From NCBI GenBank assembly GCA_028712255.1, contig JAQTQJ010000001.1:12366-76365 (forward strand): a stretch of DNA of 64,000 nucleotides, written 5' to 3'. The stretch comes from Candidatus Omnitrophota bacterium (lineage in GTDB: Bacteria > Omnitrophota > Gorgyraeia > Gygaellales > Profunditerraquicolaceae). Positions 26,893-35,669 of the stretch are shown in pieces (within the stretch, counting starts at the first letter, position 1; each line of letters opens with the position of its first letter). Under the pieces are notes generated by a model, which saw only the letters and a program-made list of their open reading frames with translations, had not been told where the DNA came from and made no database searches. The translations under genes and the position numbers were made by a program.

Positions 26893-28773
26893 TTATCCTT
26901 CGCGCAGCTGTTTTTCGGCGTCTACGATGTCGCGGTTAATTACGCGGATGGTTTCTTTGATTTTATCTTTAAGTAGGTAGGAGGCAATCGGGGCGCTGGC
27001 AATCTCCCTTAAGACCTGCACACTCATTCTAAAATACCTCACTACTTCACCTTCATCGCAATCAGTCATCTGTAAAGTTTTATCAAAGCTTGTGCCGCGC
27101 AGCCATGCTTCCATGCAGGAGCACAGGTGAAAGTAGGGTAGTTTGCTAAAAGGGTAAATTTTATAACGGCGCTCTTTATCTTTTATTCTGTCATAAATTT
27201 CTTCACAGGATCTTTTGATCATGCGGCTGGATTTGGATACCGATAGCGGCATGCGCTGATTTTTGCGTGGATCAAAAACTATTGCCGCAGCCACTACTCC
27301 TAATCCAAATTCATCTAATTGTTCAAGCATATTCTGGTCATATAATTCTGCCAAAACCAATTCATAACCATAAATTGTTTTGGCAAATTTCCCTTTTTCT
27401 GTAAGTTTACCTTCGTGAATATAGCCTGTATCTTTGAGCAATCTTAGTTTTGCATTAAGGAGGCTTAAAGCCTGTTTTTGTTCATTTTTACGCGACTGAA
27501 AATAATGCAGAGAAAGAGGATAGATCTTAAATAAATCCTCCTGATATTTTTCGTAAAGATTAAGCAGTGTAGCATAAGATGTGTTGAGTTGGCTTTTTAC
27601 CTCTTCGGGTTTGCCAAAAATTATCCTGTGTACTTCATCAAAGGTCATTCTTTGGGAATTAACCCGGGTGTAAACAAAGCCTTCTTTATCTATACCGCGC
27701 CTGCCTGCTCGCCCGGCCATCTGATAGAAATCGCGCGTTTTTAAATTACGCACATAGGTGCCGTAAAATTTACGCAAGCCGTCAAACATAACCGAGCGGC
27801 TGGGCATATTTATTCCTAAGGCAAATGTCTCGGTAGTAAAGATAACTTTAAGCAGGCGGCTGGTAAAGAGCCGTTCGATTACTTCTTTTAATGTAGGCAG
27901 CATGCCTGCGTGGTGATAGGCAATGCCGCGTTGCACTAAAGGATAAAGAATTTGCGCAGACTGTTCATTTTTTAAATCGAATCTTTCCAGCAGGTCTTCG
28001 TATAATTGGGTGATTGCGCGGGATTCTTTAGCATCTAAGAATTTAAATCCATATAACTCCTGGGCAAGCTCTTCGGCGCGCTTACGGGAAAAAACAAAAT
28101 AAATTGCCGGTAGCCCATCATTGTTGCGTAGATAATCAATTAGCGTACTTAATCTATTGGGTTTGCTTGAGCGAATACGCCGAAGTTGCTCTATTTTATT
28201 GACGATTTCATTTTGGCACTGGAAGAGAAAATGCAGTGGTACGGGGCGGTTTTCTTCAATTACAACCTTTACAGTTTTATCGTGAATAGATTCGATCCAT
28301 TTGGCAAACTGTTCAATATTAGGGATTGTCGCTGATAATCCTAAAAGATGCATGTGTTTAGGTAAGAAGATTAATGATTCTTCCCAGACTGTACCGCGCT
28401 CGGGATTATCAATGTAGTGAATCTCATCAAAAATAATCCAGGAATATTTATCAAGGCTACGCGGCTCATCCAGTATTTTGTTACGGAAGATTTCGGTAGT
28501 CATAATTAATATCGGAGCCTGCGGATTAATGGAAACGTCTCCGGTTAAGATTCCGATATGATCTTTAAATTGTCCTTGAAAGTCACGGAATTTTTGATTG
28601 GAGAGGGCTTTGATCGGAGCAGTGTAGATTACTCCCAGATTGTTGCAAATAGCTTCGTTAATAATGTGTTCGGCAATCGCAGTTTTGCCGGCGCCGGTAG
28701 GAGCAGAGACAATTACCGAGTGCCCGTTGTTTATGTGGTCAATTGCCTCCTGTTGAAAGCGGTCATAAATCAT
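26893..28773 (-). CDS. Ski2-like (HelY/Mtr4-type) superfamily-2 helicase with DSHCT-like C-terminal domain
   Basis: SAPTGAGKT, DEIH, SAT, QMAGRAGRRG helicase motifs; C-terminal region resembling DSHCT. Confidence 0.75.
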   Translation of the reverse strand: MIYDRFQQEAIDHINNGHSVIVSAPTGAGKTAIAEHIINEAICNNLGVIYTAPIKALSNQKFRDFQGQFKDHIGILTGDVSINPQAPILIMTTEIFRNKILDEPRSLDKYSWIIFDEIHYIDNPERGTVWEESLIFLPKHMHLLGLSATIPNIEQFAKWIESIHDKTVKVVIEENRPVPLHFLFQCQNEIVNKIEQLRRIRSSKPNRLSTLIDYLRNNDGLPAIYFVFSRKRAEELAQELYGFKFLDAKESRAITQLYEDLLERFDLKNEQSAQILYPLVQRGIAYHHAGMLPTLKEVIERLFTSRLLKVIFTTETFALGINMPSRSVMFDGLRKFYGTYVRNLKTRDFYQMAGRAGRRGIDKEGFVYTRVNSQRMTFDEVHRIIFGKPEEVKSQLNTSYATLLNLYEKYQEDLFKIYPLSLHYFQSRKNEQKQALSLLNAKLRLLKDTGYIHEGKLTEKGKFAKTIYGYELVLAELYDQNMLEQLDEFGLGVVAAAIVFDPRKNQRMPLSVSKSSRMIKRSCEEIYDRIKDKERRYKIYPFSKLPYFHLCSCMEAWLRGTSFDKTLQMTDCDEGEVVRYFRMSVQVLREIASAPIASYLLKDKIKETIRVINRDIVDAEKQLREG

Positions 28774-28831
28774 GGGACTTATTATAATCTAAAAAGATTG
28801 ATTTATCTAATAAAAATAATATAATAAAACT

Positions 28832-29383
28832 ATGGGGTATGAAGTTGCGTTAAAAAAGTCTTGGGAGGATTTAGCTAACCTTAAGGCGCCCAAGAATTTA
28901 TCTGTAAAGTTTTTGGCGGATGAGTATAGTGTAGATAGCGTAGCCAAGAATATTCTTTCTTTATCCTGTAATGCGCCGGCCAAGGATTTTGTGAGTATTC
29001 TAATTTTACATTATCTGGCGCAAAGAATAAAAGGACTGCCTATATTAGGCGGCCAGTGGCTTACTTTTAGGGAGCTCTCTGGGGTTGAAGGCTATTACGA
29101 TGCATATCATAAGCGTTCGATTGAACCGATAATTCGCAAATATGGCAAGAATCCCGATGCGATTAAAGATATTTTAGGCAGGTTACCGGGAAAAATTTCA
29201 GAAGGCGGGGATGTAAGTATTATTATTGAGGCTTTTGCAAATGTTCCGGTGCTGATTAAATTATGGAAACAAGATGCGGAGTTTGGTCCGGATGCCAATA
29301 TGTATTTTGATGCAAGCATAAAGAATATTTTTTGTACCGAGGATATTGTAATGTTGGCACAAATGGTCGCCAGTCAGTTATGA
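28832..29383 (+). CDS. hypothetical protein (possibly DUF3786-like)
   Basis: 183 aa; only weak recollection of DUF3786-type pattern. Confidence 0.3.
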   Translation: MGYEVALKKSWEDLANLKAPKNLSVKFLADEYSVDSVAKNILSLSCNAPAKDFVSILILHYLAQRIKGLPILGGQWLTFRELSGVEGYYDAYHKRSIEPIIRKYGKNPDAIKDILGRLPGKISEGGDVSIIIEAFANVPVLIKLWKQDAEFGPDANMYFDASIKNIFCTEDIVMLAQMVASQL

Positions 29384-29390
29384 GGGAAAA

Positions 29391-29900
29391 ATGAGCAAAA
29401 AGATTGTCCTATTATTATTTCTGGTAGTTTTAGTTATAACGGGTTGTCAGGCATCGAGTGGTAAAGGTTATGATTATAGTAATATTTTGATAACTCGAGC
29501 AGTAGATGGAGATACGCTGGTATTGGAAAATAAGGAGCGGGTACGTTTAATCGGTATCGATACTCCAGAGATGCACGAATCGAATAAACTTAATCGTGAT
29601 GCTGCGCGTTCAGGCCAAGATGTTGAGGCAATTAAGCAACTAGGCAGGCGTTCTTATGAATTTACTAAAAAACTTGTTGAAGGTAAACGAGCAAGATTAG
29701 AGTTTGATGTAGACAGATATGATAAATATAAAAGAATCCTGGCCTATGTTTATCTGGAAGACGGAACATTTGTAAACGCCAAGATTGTGGAGGAGGGGTA
29801 TGCTTCGCTGATGACTTATCCACCGAATGTAAAATACGCGGATTTGTTTTTAAGATTAAACCGTCAAGCCAGAGAGAATAAGAGAGGATTGTGGGAGTAA
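29391..29900 (+). CDS. thermonuclease (staphylococcal nuclease homologue) lipoprotein
   Basis: lipobox LVITGC, VDGDTLVL...RVRLIGIDTPE SNase catalytic pattern. Confidence 0.75.
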   Translation: MSKKIVLLLFLVVLVITGCQASSGKGYDYSNILITRAVDGDTLVLENKERVRLIGIDTPEMHESNKLNRDAARSGQDVEAIKQLGRRSYEFTKKLVEGKRARLEFDVDRYDKYKRILAYVYLEDGTFVNAKIVEEGYASLMTYPPNVKYADLFLRLNRQARENKRGLWE

Positions 29901-29904
29901 GATC

Positions 29905-29975
29905 TAAATAAGCCTTAGCTTTAAGTGGTAAGCTATAAGCCGTAAGCTTACAACTTATAACTTACAGCTTATAAT
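29905..29975. repeat. TAAGCT/CTTA-rich heptad-periodic repeat (AGCTTAC AACTTAT AACTTAC AGCTTAT) upstream of aroC
   Basis: seen in sequence; 27/32 identical to block upstream of clpP. Confidence 0.6.
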
Positions 29976-30004
29976 TTAAATAGAATTTAATACAGGAGGC
30001 ATTC

Positions 30005-31045
30005 ATGTTAAGGTGTTTAACTGCAGGTGAATCACATGGAAAAGGGATAGTTGCTATTTTAGAAGGATTTCCGGCTGGATTTCAGGTGGATCTTGCTGCG
30101 ATAAATAAAGAATTAAAACGCAGGCAAGCAGGATTTGGCCGTGGCAAGCGTATGCAGATAGAGAGTGACTGGGCCGAGATCGTCTCTGGCTTAAAAAATA
30201 ATTTTACCCTGGGTAGCCCAATTACCCTGTTAATTAAGAATAAAGATGCTAGTATTGAAAAGTTGCATAAAATTCTGGCTGCTCGTCCAGGACATGCGGA
30301 TTTAGCCGGGTTATTGAAATATGGTTTTACGGATATCCGGGAAGTATTGGAACGTGCTTCGGCGCGCAGCACGGTAGCGACGGTGGCAATAGGAGCAATA
30401 TGTAAGGGGCTGCTTAAGGAGTTTGGAATTGTTCTTACCAGTAATGTTTTGTCGGTGGGAGGAGAATTTACCAAAAATGGCATAGAGGCTAAAATAGCCG
30501 AGGCGATTAGTAATAAAGATACAGTCGGTGGGATTTTTGAGGTAGTTGCTAAAAATGTACCGGTTGGTCTTGGCAGCTATGTGCAGGCTGATCGCAGGCT
30601 GGATAGCCGGCTGGCCGCAGGAATTATGGCTATTCCGGGAATTAAATCCTTTGAAGTAGGGTTAGGATTAGGATATGCGGTTAGTTTTGGTTCAGAAGTG
30701 CATGATGCGATTTATTTTAATAATAAAAAAGGCTATTTTCGCTCGACTAATAATGCAGGCGGTATTGAAGGCGGGATATCTAACGGCCAGGAGATTGTTT
30801 TACGCGCCTGCATGAAGCCGATCTCTACACTCATGAAACCGCTTGATTCGGTGAATATCCAAAGTAAAAAATCTGCTAAGGCTGCGGTTGAGCGTTCAGA
30901 TACATGCGTAGTTGAATCTGCCGGTATTGTGGCTGAATCTGCGACTGCCTTTGTTTTAGCTGAGGCATTCTTAGAAAAGTTCGGCTCTGATTGTTTAAGA
31001 GACATAAAAGAAAGCTATAAAAATTATTTAAAAAGAATCTGTTAG
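30005..31045 (+). CDS. aroC: chorismate synthase
   Basis: AGESHG start, RSSARET-like and GGISNG motifs. Confidence 0.9.
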   Translation: MLRCLTAGESHGKGIVAILEGFPAGFQVDLAAINKELKRRQAGFGRGKRMQIESDWAEIVSGLKNNFTLGSPITLLIKNKDASIEKLHKILAARPGHADLAGLLKYGFTDIREVLERASARSTVATVAIGAICKGLLKEFGIVLTSNVLSVGGEFTKNGIEAKIAEAISNKDTVGGIFEVVAKNVPVGLGSYVQADRRLDSRLAAGIMAIPGIKSFEVGLGLGYAVSFGSEVHDAIYFNNKKGYFRSTNNAGGIEGGISNGQEIVLRACMKPISTLMKPLDSVNIQSKKSAKAAVERSDTCVVESAGIVAESATAFVLAEAFLEKFGSDCLRDIKESYKNYLKRIC

Positions 31046-31080
31046 ATTTTATCAACTCCTTCGTCTATTGTTGTAAGAAG
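31040..31080 (+). promoter_or_regulatory. conserved motif TGTTAGAT-N14-CGTCTATTGTTGTAAG (copy 3 of 4), begins at aroC stop codon, upstream of spoVG
   Basis: seen in sequence. Confidence 0.5.
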
Positions 31081-31094
31081 GGGGTGATTAGAGG

Positions 31095-31352
31095 ATGGAA
31101 GAGAACGCAATCAGCGTCAGCCGCATATACAAGCTGGATACCGATTCCAAGCTTAAAGCTTTTGCGGATGTAACATTTTCGGGAGTTGTGATCAAAGGTT
31201 TTAGTGTGGTAAACGGCGAAAAAGGGTTATTTGTGAGTATGCCGCGCCATCAAGGCAAAGATGGGAAATGGTATAACACAGTTTATCCTTCGACCAAAGA
31301 ACTAAAGCAACAGTTAAGTGAAGTTGTCCTGGAAGCGTATAAAGGCAGCTAA
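31095..31352 (+). CDS. spoVG: SpoVG family protein
   Basis: 85 aa; VSRIYKLDTDSKLKAFADVTF...GLFVSMP matches SpoVG. Confidence 0.75.
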   Translation: MEENAISVSRIYKLDTDSKLKAFADVTFSGVVIKGFSVVNGEKGLFVSMPRHQGKDGKWYNTVYPSTKELKQQLSEVVLEAYKGS

Positions 31353-31356
31353 AATT

Positions 31357-31410
31357 AGGGGACGGTTCTATTTTTCTAGAACTGTACCGAGAAAAATAGA
31401 ACCGTCCCCT
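31357..31410 (+). terminator. perfect 21-bp hairpin AGGGGACGGTTCTATTTTTCT / AGAAAAATAGAACCGTCCCCT
   Basis: seen in sequence after spoVG. Confidence 0.8.
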
Positions 31411-31420
31411 AGATTTAAAA

Positions 31421-31918
31421 ATGAATATATATTTAGTGGGATTTATGGGGACGGGAAAAACTACTGTTGGCCGGCTCTTGGCTGCACAGAAGAAATGGAA
31501 CTTTGTTGACCTGGATGAACTGATTGAATTGAAAGAGCAACGCAGGATTGTGGATATTTTTGCTAAAGAGGGTGAGCGGTATTTTCGTAAAATTGAGAAA
31601 AAATTATTAAAGCAAATTTCCACCCAGAAGAAATTCGTGGTGGCTTGTGGGGGTGGTGTAGTTTTAGATAAAGATAATATTAAATTGATGAAAAAAACCG
31701 GAATCCTGATTTGTCTTTGCGCTAATTGTGAAGAAATCCTGAAGAGAGTTTCATCCAGTACGCATCGGCCAATTCTAAATGTAGAGAAGCCCCGGGAGCG
31801 CATTGAGTTTTTACTAAAGATGCGTGCCCCTTATTATATGCAGGCCGATAAAATGATCGATACTTCGGGTCTTTCAGTTAAGCAGGTAGTCCAGAAAATT
31901 CTCAAGGTCACCAAGTAA
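31421..31918 (+). CDS. aroK: shikimate kinase
   Basis: NIYLVGFMGTGKTTVGRLLA P-loop, 165 aa. Confidence 0.85.
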   Translation: MNIYLVGFMGTGKTTVGRLLAAQKKWNFVDLDELIELKEQRRIVDIFAKEGERYFRKIEKKLLKQISTQKKFVVACGGGVVLDKDNIKLMKKTGILICLCANCEEILKRVSSSTHRPILNVEKPRERIEFLLKMRAPYYMQADKMIDTSGLSVKQVVQKILKVTK

Positions 31919-31957
31919 GAAAACAAGGCTCGTCATCACTGGTGAACAAAGTGCCCC

Positions 31958-32050
31958 GCGTCATTCTGAGCCCGAAGGGCGAAGAATCTAAAAAAGCGAG
32001 ATCCTTCCCCTTCGCTCCGCTCAGGGTCAGGATGACAGGAATGAGGGCTT
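31958..32050. repeat. nested-palindrome element, full copy, GTCATTCTGAG / CAGGATGAC variant plus AGGATGA tail
   Basis: gcgtcattctgagcccgaagggcgaagaatctaaaaaagcgagatccttccccttcgctccgctcagggtcaggatgacagg. Confidence 0.8.
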
Positions 32051-32053
32051 AGG

Positions 32054-33157
32054 ATGATAGAAAAAATGACTGAACTGGAAGCATTTGTTGGATTAAATTT
32101 AATTTCTAATATTGGCAGCGTAAGGCTGAGTAAATTATTGGAAGTTTTTGGCAAACCGCAAGAAATATTTAGCGCAAAGTATGAACATTTGGCTTCTATC
32201 TCTGGGATAGGAGGCCAAATTGCCTCTGACATTGTTGCTTTTAAAAAAGAGAATATAGAAAAAGAGCTTTCTTTTGCCAATAAGCGCGGGATTAAAATTC
32301 TTACCTTAAACGATGATAGTTATCCGAAGAATTTAAGGCAGATTCCTGGAGTGCCAATTGTACTTTATGTTTTGGGTAACATAACTGAGCAGGATGATTT
32401 GGCTTTTGGCATTGTTGGCTCACGCAGCGCTTCATTTTATGGTTTAAGTAGTGCAGGAAAATTTGCTGCTGAATTATCCGCTTACGGGATAACCATAGTT
32501 TCGGGGATGGCCCGCGGTGTGGATACCTACGCACATCGTGGAGCGCTGAAAGTGAAAGGGCGCACCATTGCGGTGATGGGTAGTGGTTTTAACAATATTT
32601 ATCCTGCAGAGAACGCGGATTTAGCCAAAGAAATCAGTTTATCCGGAGCAGTAATCTCTGAATTTTCTATGGAAACAAAACCATTGGCGCAGAATTTTCC
32701 CCGCCGTAACCGGCTCATCAGCGGGTTAAGTTGCGGCGTTTTAATTACTGAGGCAGCCAGAAATAGTGGGGCATTAATTACCGCAGATTTTGCTTTGGAA
32801 CAAGGCAGGGAAGTTTTTGCTTTACCGGGTAGGATTGATTCAGCCGGTTCAATTGGGGCAAATGAGTTGCTTAAGCAAGGAGCAAGATTGGTTACTTGTT
32901 GTGATGATATTCTTGAGGAATTAAATTTAGTTACTGTTAGTAAAAAAGAAGCGGTTTTGCCGCAAGAGAATCAAAAGGTTGCATGTACCGATGATGAAAA
33001 CATGCTTTATGAATGTATAAGCCGGCAACCTGTGGCAATAGATGATTTAGTGGAGAAGACCTCTTTATCTAGTAGCAAGATTTTAAGTTTAATTTTAAAA
33101 TTACAATTTAAAAAATTAATCAAAGAGTTGCCGGGCAAACAATTTATGAGGAATTAA
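32054..33157 (+). CDS. dprA: DNA-processing protein DprA (Smf)
   Basis: GIVGSRSAS...GMARGVDT...LPGRIDS Rossmann-like DprA core, N-terminal SAM-like domain. Confidence 0.85.
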   Translation: MIEKMTELEAFVGLNLISNIGSVRLSKLLEVFGKPQEIFSAKYEHLASISGIGGQIASDIVAFKKENIEKELSFANKRGIKILTLNDDSYPKNLRQIPGVPIVLYVLGNITEQDDLAFGIVGSRSASFYGLSSAGKFAAELSAYGITIVSGMARGVDTYAHRGALKVKGRTIAVMGSGFNNIYPAENADLAKEISLSGAVISEFSMETKPLAQNFPRRNRLISGLSCGVLITEAARNSGALITADFALEQGREVFALPGRIDSAGSIGANELLKQGARLVTCCDDILEELNLVTVSKKEAVLPQENQKVACTDDENMLYECISRQPVAIDDLVEKTSLSSSKILSLILKLQFKKLIKELPGKQFMRN

Positions 33158-35157
33158 TGAGCAAAAATCTGGTCATTGTTGAGTCACCGACTAAAGCAAA
33201 AACTATAGGTAAGATTCTGGGAAGTAATTATACCGTGGTTTCTTCGATGGGGCATATTATCGACTTGCCTGCTAAAAAACTGGGCGTAGATGTAGAAAAT
33301 AAATTTGAACCGGAATATGTGGTTATTCCTGCCAAGAAAAAATTATTAACACAATTAAGAAAAGAAGCAAAGACAAAAGAAAAAATATACATTGCTACCG
33401 ACCCCGACCGGGAAGGCGAGGCAATCGGCTGGCAGATAAAAGAGAAGGTATTTAAGGGCAAGGATGTTTTACGCGTAAGTTTCCATGAGATTACTCCCGG
33501 CGCAGTTGCCCAGGCTTTTAAAAATGCGCGCGATTTTAATATTAAGATGATTGAAGCTCAGGTTGGCCGTCGGGTGCTCGACCGGCTTGTCGGGTATTTT
33601 TTAAGCCCTTTACTGTGGAAAAAGCTTGCTCGTGGTTTAAGCGCAGGTAGGGTGCAATCCGTGGGGCTAAGATTAATTGTGGAAAGGGAGCGGTTGATTC
33701 AAAAGTTTGTCGCCAGTGAATATTGGGAGATTGTTGCGGAATTATTCAAGCCTAAAATTTCCGGCCAGAGTAATTTTTCTGCCAAGCTTGAAAAAGTTGA
33801 CGGAAAAAAAGCAGAGATTAAAAATGATAAAGATGCTCAAGCTATTTGCGAACAGTTAAAGGATAAAGAATTTAAAGTTTTAGAGATTAAGAAAACAGAA
33901 AAAAAGCGTTATCCTGCGGCGCCTTTTATCACCAGCACGATGCAGCAGGAGGCGTTTAATAAACTACGATTTAATGCTTCAAAGACTATGTTGGTGGCTC
34001 AGCAGCTTTATGAAGGTATTGACATCGGCGAAGATAATCCAGTAGGCTTAATTACTTATATGCGTACGGATTCTCCGAATGTTGCTAGTGTTGCAATTAT
34101 TGAGGCGCGCGAACATATCGGTAGGATTTTTGGCAAAGATTTTTTACCAAAGGAGCCAAATGTTTTTAAGGCTAAGAAATCCGCTCAGGAAGCGCATGAG
34201 GCGATTCGTCCAAGCTATGTTTCCCGTTCACCGGAAAGCCTAAAAAGTTTTCTTAATCATGATCAGATACGCCTTTATGAGCTTATCTATAATCGTTTCC
34301 TGGCCAGTCAGATGAAACCGGCAGAGTTTTTGGCGACTTCTGTGGATATTATTGCGGATAAATATTTATTTGTTGCTAACGGCAGCCACTTATTGTTTGA
34401 AGGATTCCTGGCGGCTTACAACAAGATTGAGGATGAAGATAAGGAAGAGGAGGAGGAAAAAGAAAAGGCTAAAAATGTAATTCCTCCGCTTGAAGAGGGT
34501 GAAATTTTAGGGTTAGAGAAACTTACTCCTTCGCAGCATTTTACTAAACCGCCGCCGAGGTATTCAGATAGCTCTTTAATCAAGGCGCTTGAAGAGGAGG
34601 GCATCGGCCGGCCTTCGACATATGCGCCGATTATCTATACGATTATTATGCGCGATTATGTGCGCCGGATAAAAGGTTATCTTAATCCTACGGAGCTGGG
34701 GTTTAAGGTGTGTGATATGTTGGTGGAATATTTTCCTAAAATTCTTGATTTTAAGTTTACTGCGCTCATGGAAGAGAAGCTGGATGAGATTGAAGAAGGC
34801 ACACTTAACCGTTTAAAAGTTTTGGAAGATTTTTACGTGCCTTTTAAAGAGAGCTTGGATTTTGCCCAGGCAAATATTGTCAAGGAAGTTATAACTACTG
34901 ATCAAGTTTGCGATAAATGCGGTAAGCCTCTAATAGTAAAATGGGGTAGGCGCGGTAAATTTTTAAGTTGCTCTGGTTTTCCGGAGTGTAAGAATTCTAA
35001 GTCTATTACCTCAGGGGTTAAGTGTCCTGCAGAAAATTGCGGAGGTGAACTTATTGAGCGCCACTCCCGGCGGGGGGTTTTCTACGGCTGCTCCAATTTC
35101 CCCAAGTGTACCTTTACCTCGCGTACTTTACCAGAGGATAAAGAGGGGGATAGTTAA
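33157..35157 (+). CDS. topA: DNA topoisomerase I with C-terminal zinc ribbons
   Basis: LVIVESPTKAKTI Toprim start, active-site tyrosine region, C4 zinc-ribbon repeats. Confidence 0.95.
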   Translation: MSKNLVIVESPTKAKTIGKILGSNYTVVSSMGHIIDLPAKKLGVDVENKFEPEYVVIPAKKKLLTQLRKEAKTKEKIYIATDPDREGEAIGWQIKEKVFKGKDVLRVSFHEITPGAVAQAFKNARDFNIKMIEAQVGRRVLDRLVGYFLSPLLWKKLARGLSAGRVQSVGLRLIVERERLIQKFVASEYWEIVAELFKPKISGQSNFSAKLEKVDGKKAEIKNDKDAQAICEQLKDKEFKVLEIKKTEKKRYPAAPFITSTMQQEAFNKLRFNASKTMLVAQQLYEGIDIGEDNPVGLITYMRTDSPNVASVAIIEAREHIGRIFGKDFLPKEPNVFKAKKSAQEAHEAIRPSYVSRSPESLKSFLNHDQIRLYELIYNRFLASQMKPAEFLATSVDIIADKYLFVANGSHLLFEGFLAAYNKIEDEDKEEEEEKEKAKNVIPPLEEGEILGLEKLTPSQHFTKPPPRYSDSSLIKALEEEGIGRPSTYAPIIYTIIMRDYVRRIKGYLNPTELGFKVCDMLVEYFPKILDFKFTALMEEKLDEIEEGTLNRLKVLEDFYVPFKESLDFAQANIVKEVITTDQVCDKCGKPLIVKWGRRGKFLSCSGFPECKNSKSITSGVKCPAENCGGELIERHSRRGVFYGCSNFPKCTFTSRTLPEDKEGDS

Positions 35158-35168
35158 TTTTTTCTTAG

Positions 35169-35551
35169 GTGTCATTGCGAGGATGCGCCGTAGGCGCAGA
35201 CGAAGCAATCTTTTAAAGGATGCTAACCAAGCAGTACTACGTTTATTTTTTAACGAATTGGGATCATAAAGTTATCTATGTTGGCGTAACAGACGATTTA
35301 AAGCGCAGGATTTATGAGCATAAGAATGGATTAATTGATGGATTCACATGGAAATATCATGTGCATAAATTGGTCCATTATGAGATATGCGAAGAGATCC
35401 AGGGAGCTATTTTAAGAGAAAAACAAATCAAGGGCGGTTCTCGGCAGAAGAAAGTTGGACTGATTAACAAATTTAATCCTGAGTGGGATGATTTGTGGAG
35501 TAAGTTATAAAAAGATTGCTTCGTCCGCCTTCGGCGGACTCGCAATGACAC
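35169..35551 (+). mobile_element. composite element: nested-palindrome left half (35169-35219) + GIY-YIG nuclease gene (35220-35510) + right half (35511-35551)
   Basis: gene occupies exactly the loop position of the 80-bp repeat; start ATG is fused to the TTTTAAAGG loop and stop TAA abuts AAAGATTGCTTCG. Confidence 0.65.
35220..35510 (+). CDS. small GIY-YIG nuclease (UPF0213/YhbQ-like)
   Basis: YYVYFL...IYVGVTDDLKRRIYEH GIY-(10)-YVG motif, 96 aa. Confidence 0.75.
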   Translation: MLTKQYYVYFLTNWDHKVIYVGVTDDLKRRIYEHKNGLIDGFTWKYHVHKLVHYEICEEIQGAILREKQIKGGSRQKKVGLINKFNPEWDDLWSKL

Positions 35552-35609
35552 TGGGGAAACAATAGGGAGGCTAATCCGAATTGGGTTGATTTATGGACGT
35601 CAATTATTT

Positions 35610-35662
35610 GAGATCCTTCAGCTTCGCCTCAGGATGACAGGAATTTGACTCAGAATGACGGG
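35610..35662. repeat. fragments of nested-palindrome element (right-half variant + CTCAGAATGACGG)
   Basis: gagatccttcagcttcgcctcaggatgacagg ... ctcagaatgacggg. Confidence 0.6.
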
Positions 35663-35669
35663 ATAGGTT

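Noticed and set aside
31201-31803. 200-aa minus-strand ORF spanning spoVG, a terminator hairpin and aroK
   Set aside because: It runs through a perfect 21-bp hairpin and is antisense to two well-supported genes. The same holds for 31318-31509 (+), which is translated from the hairpin arms.
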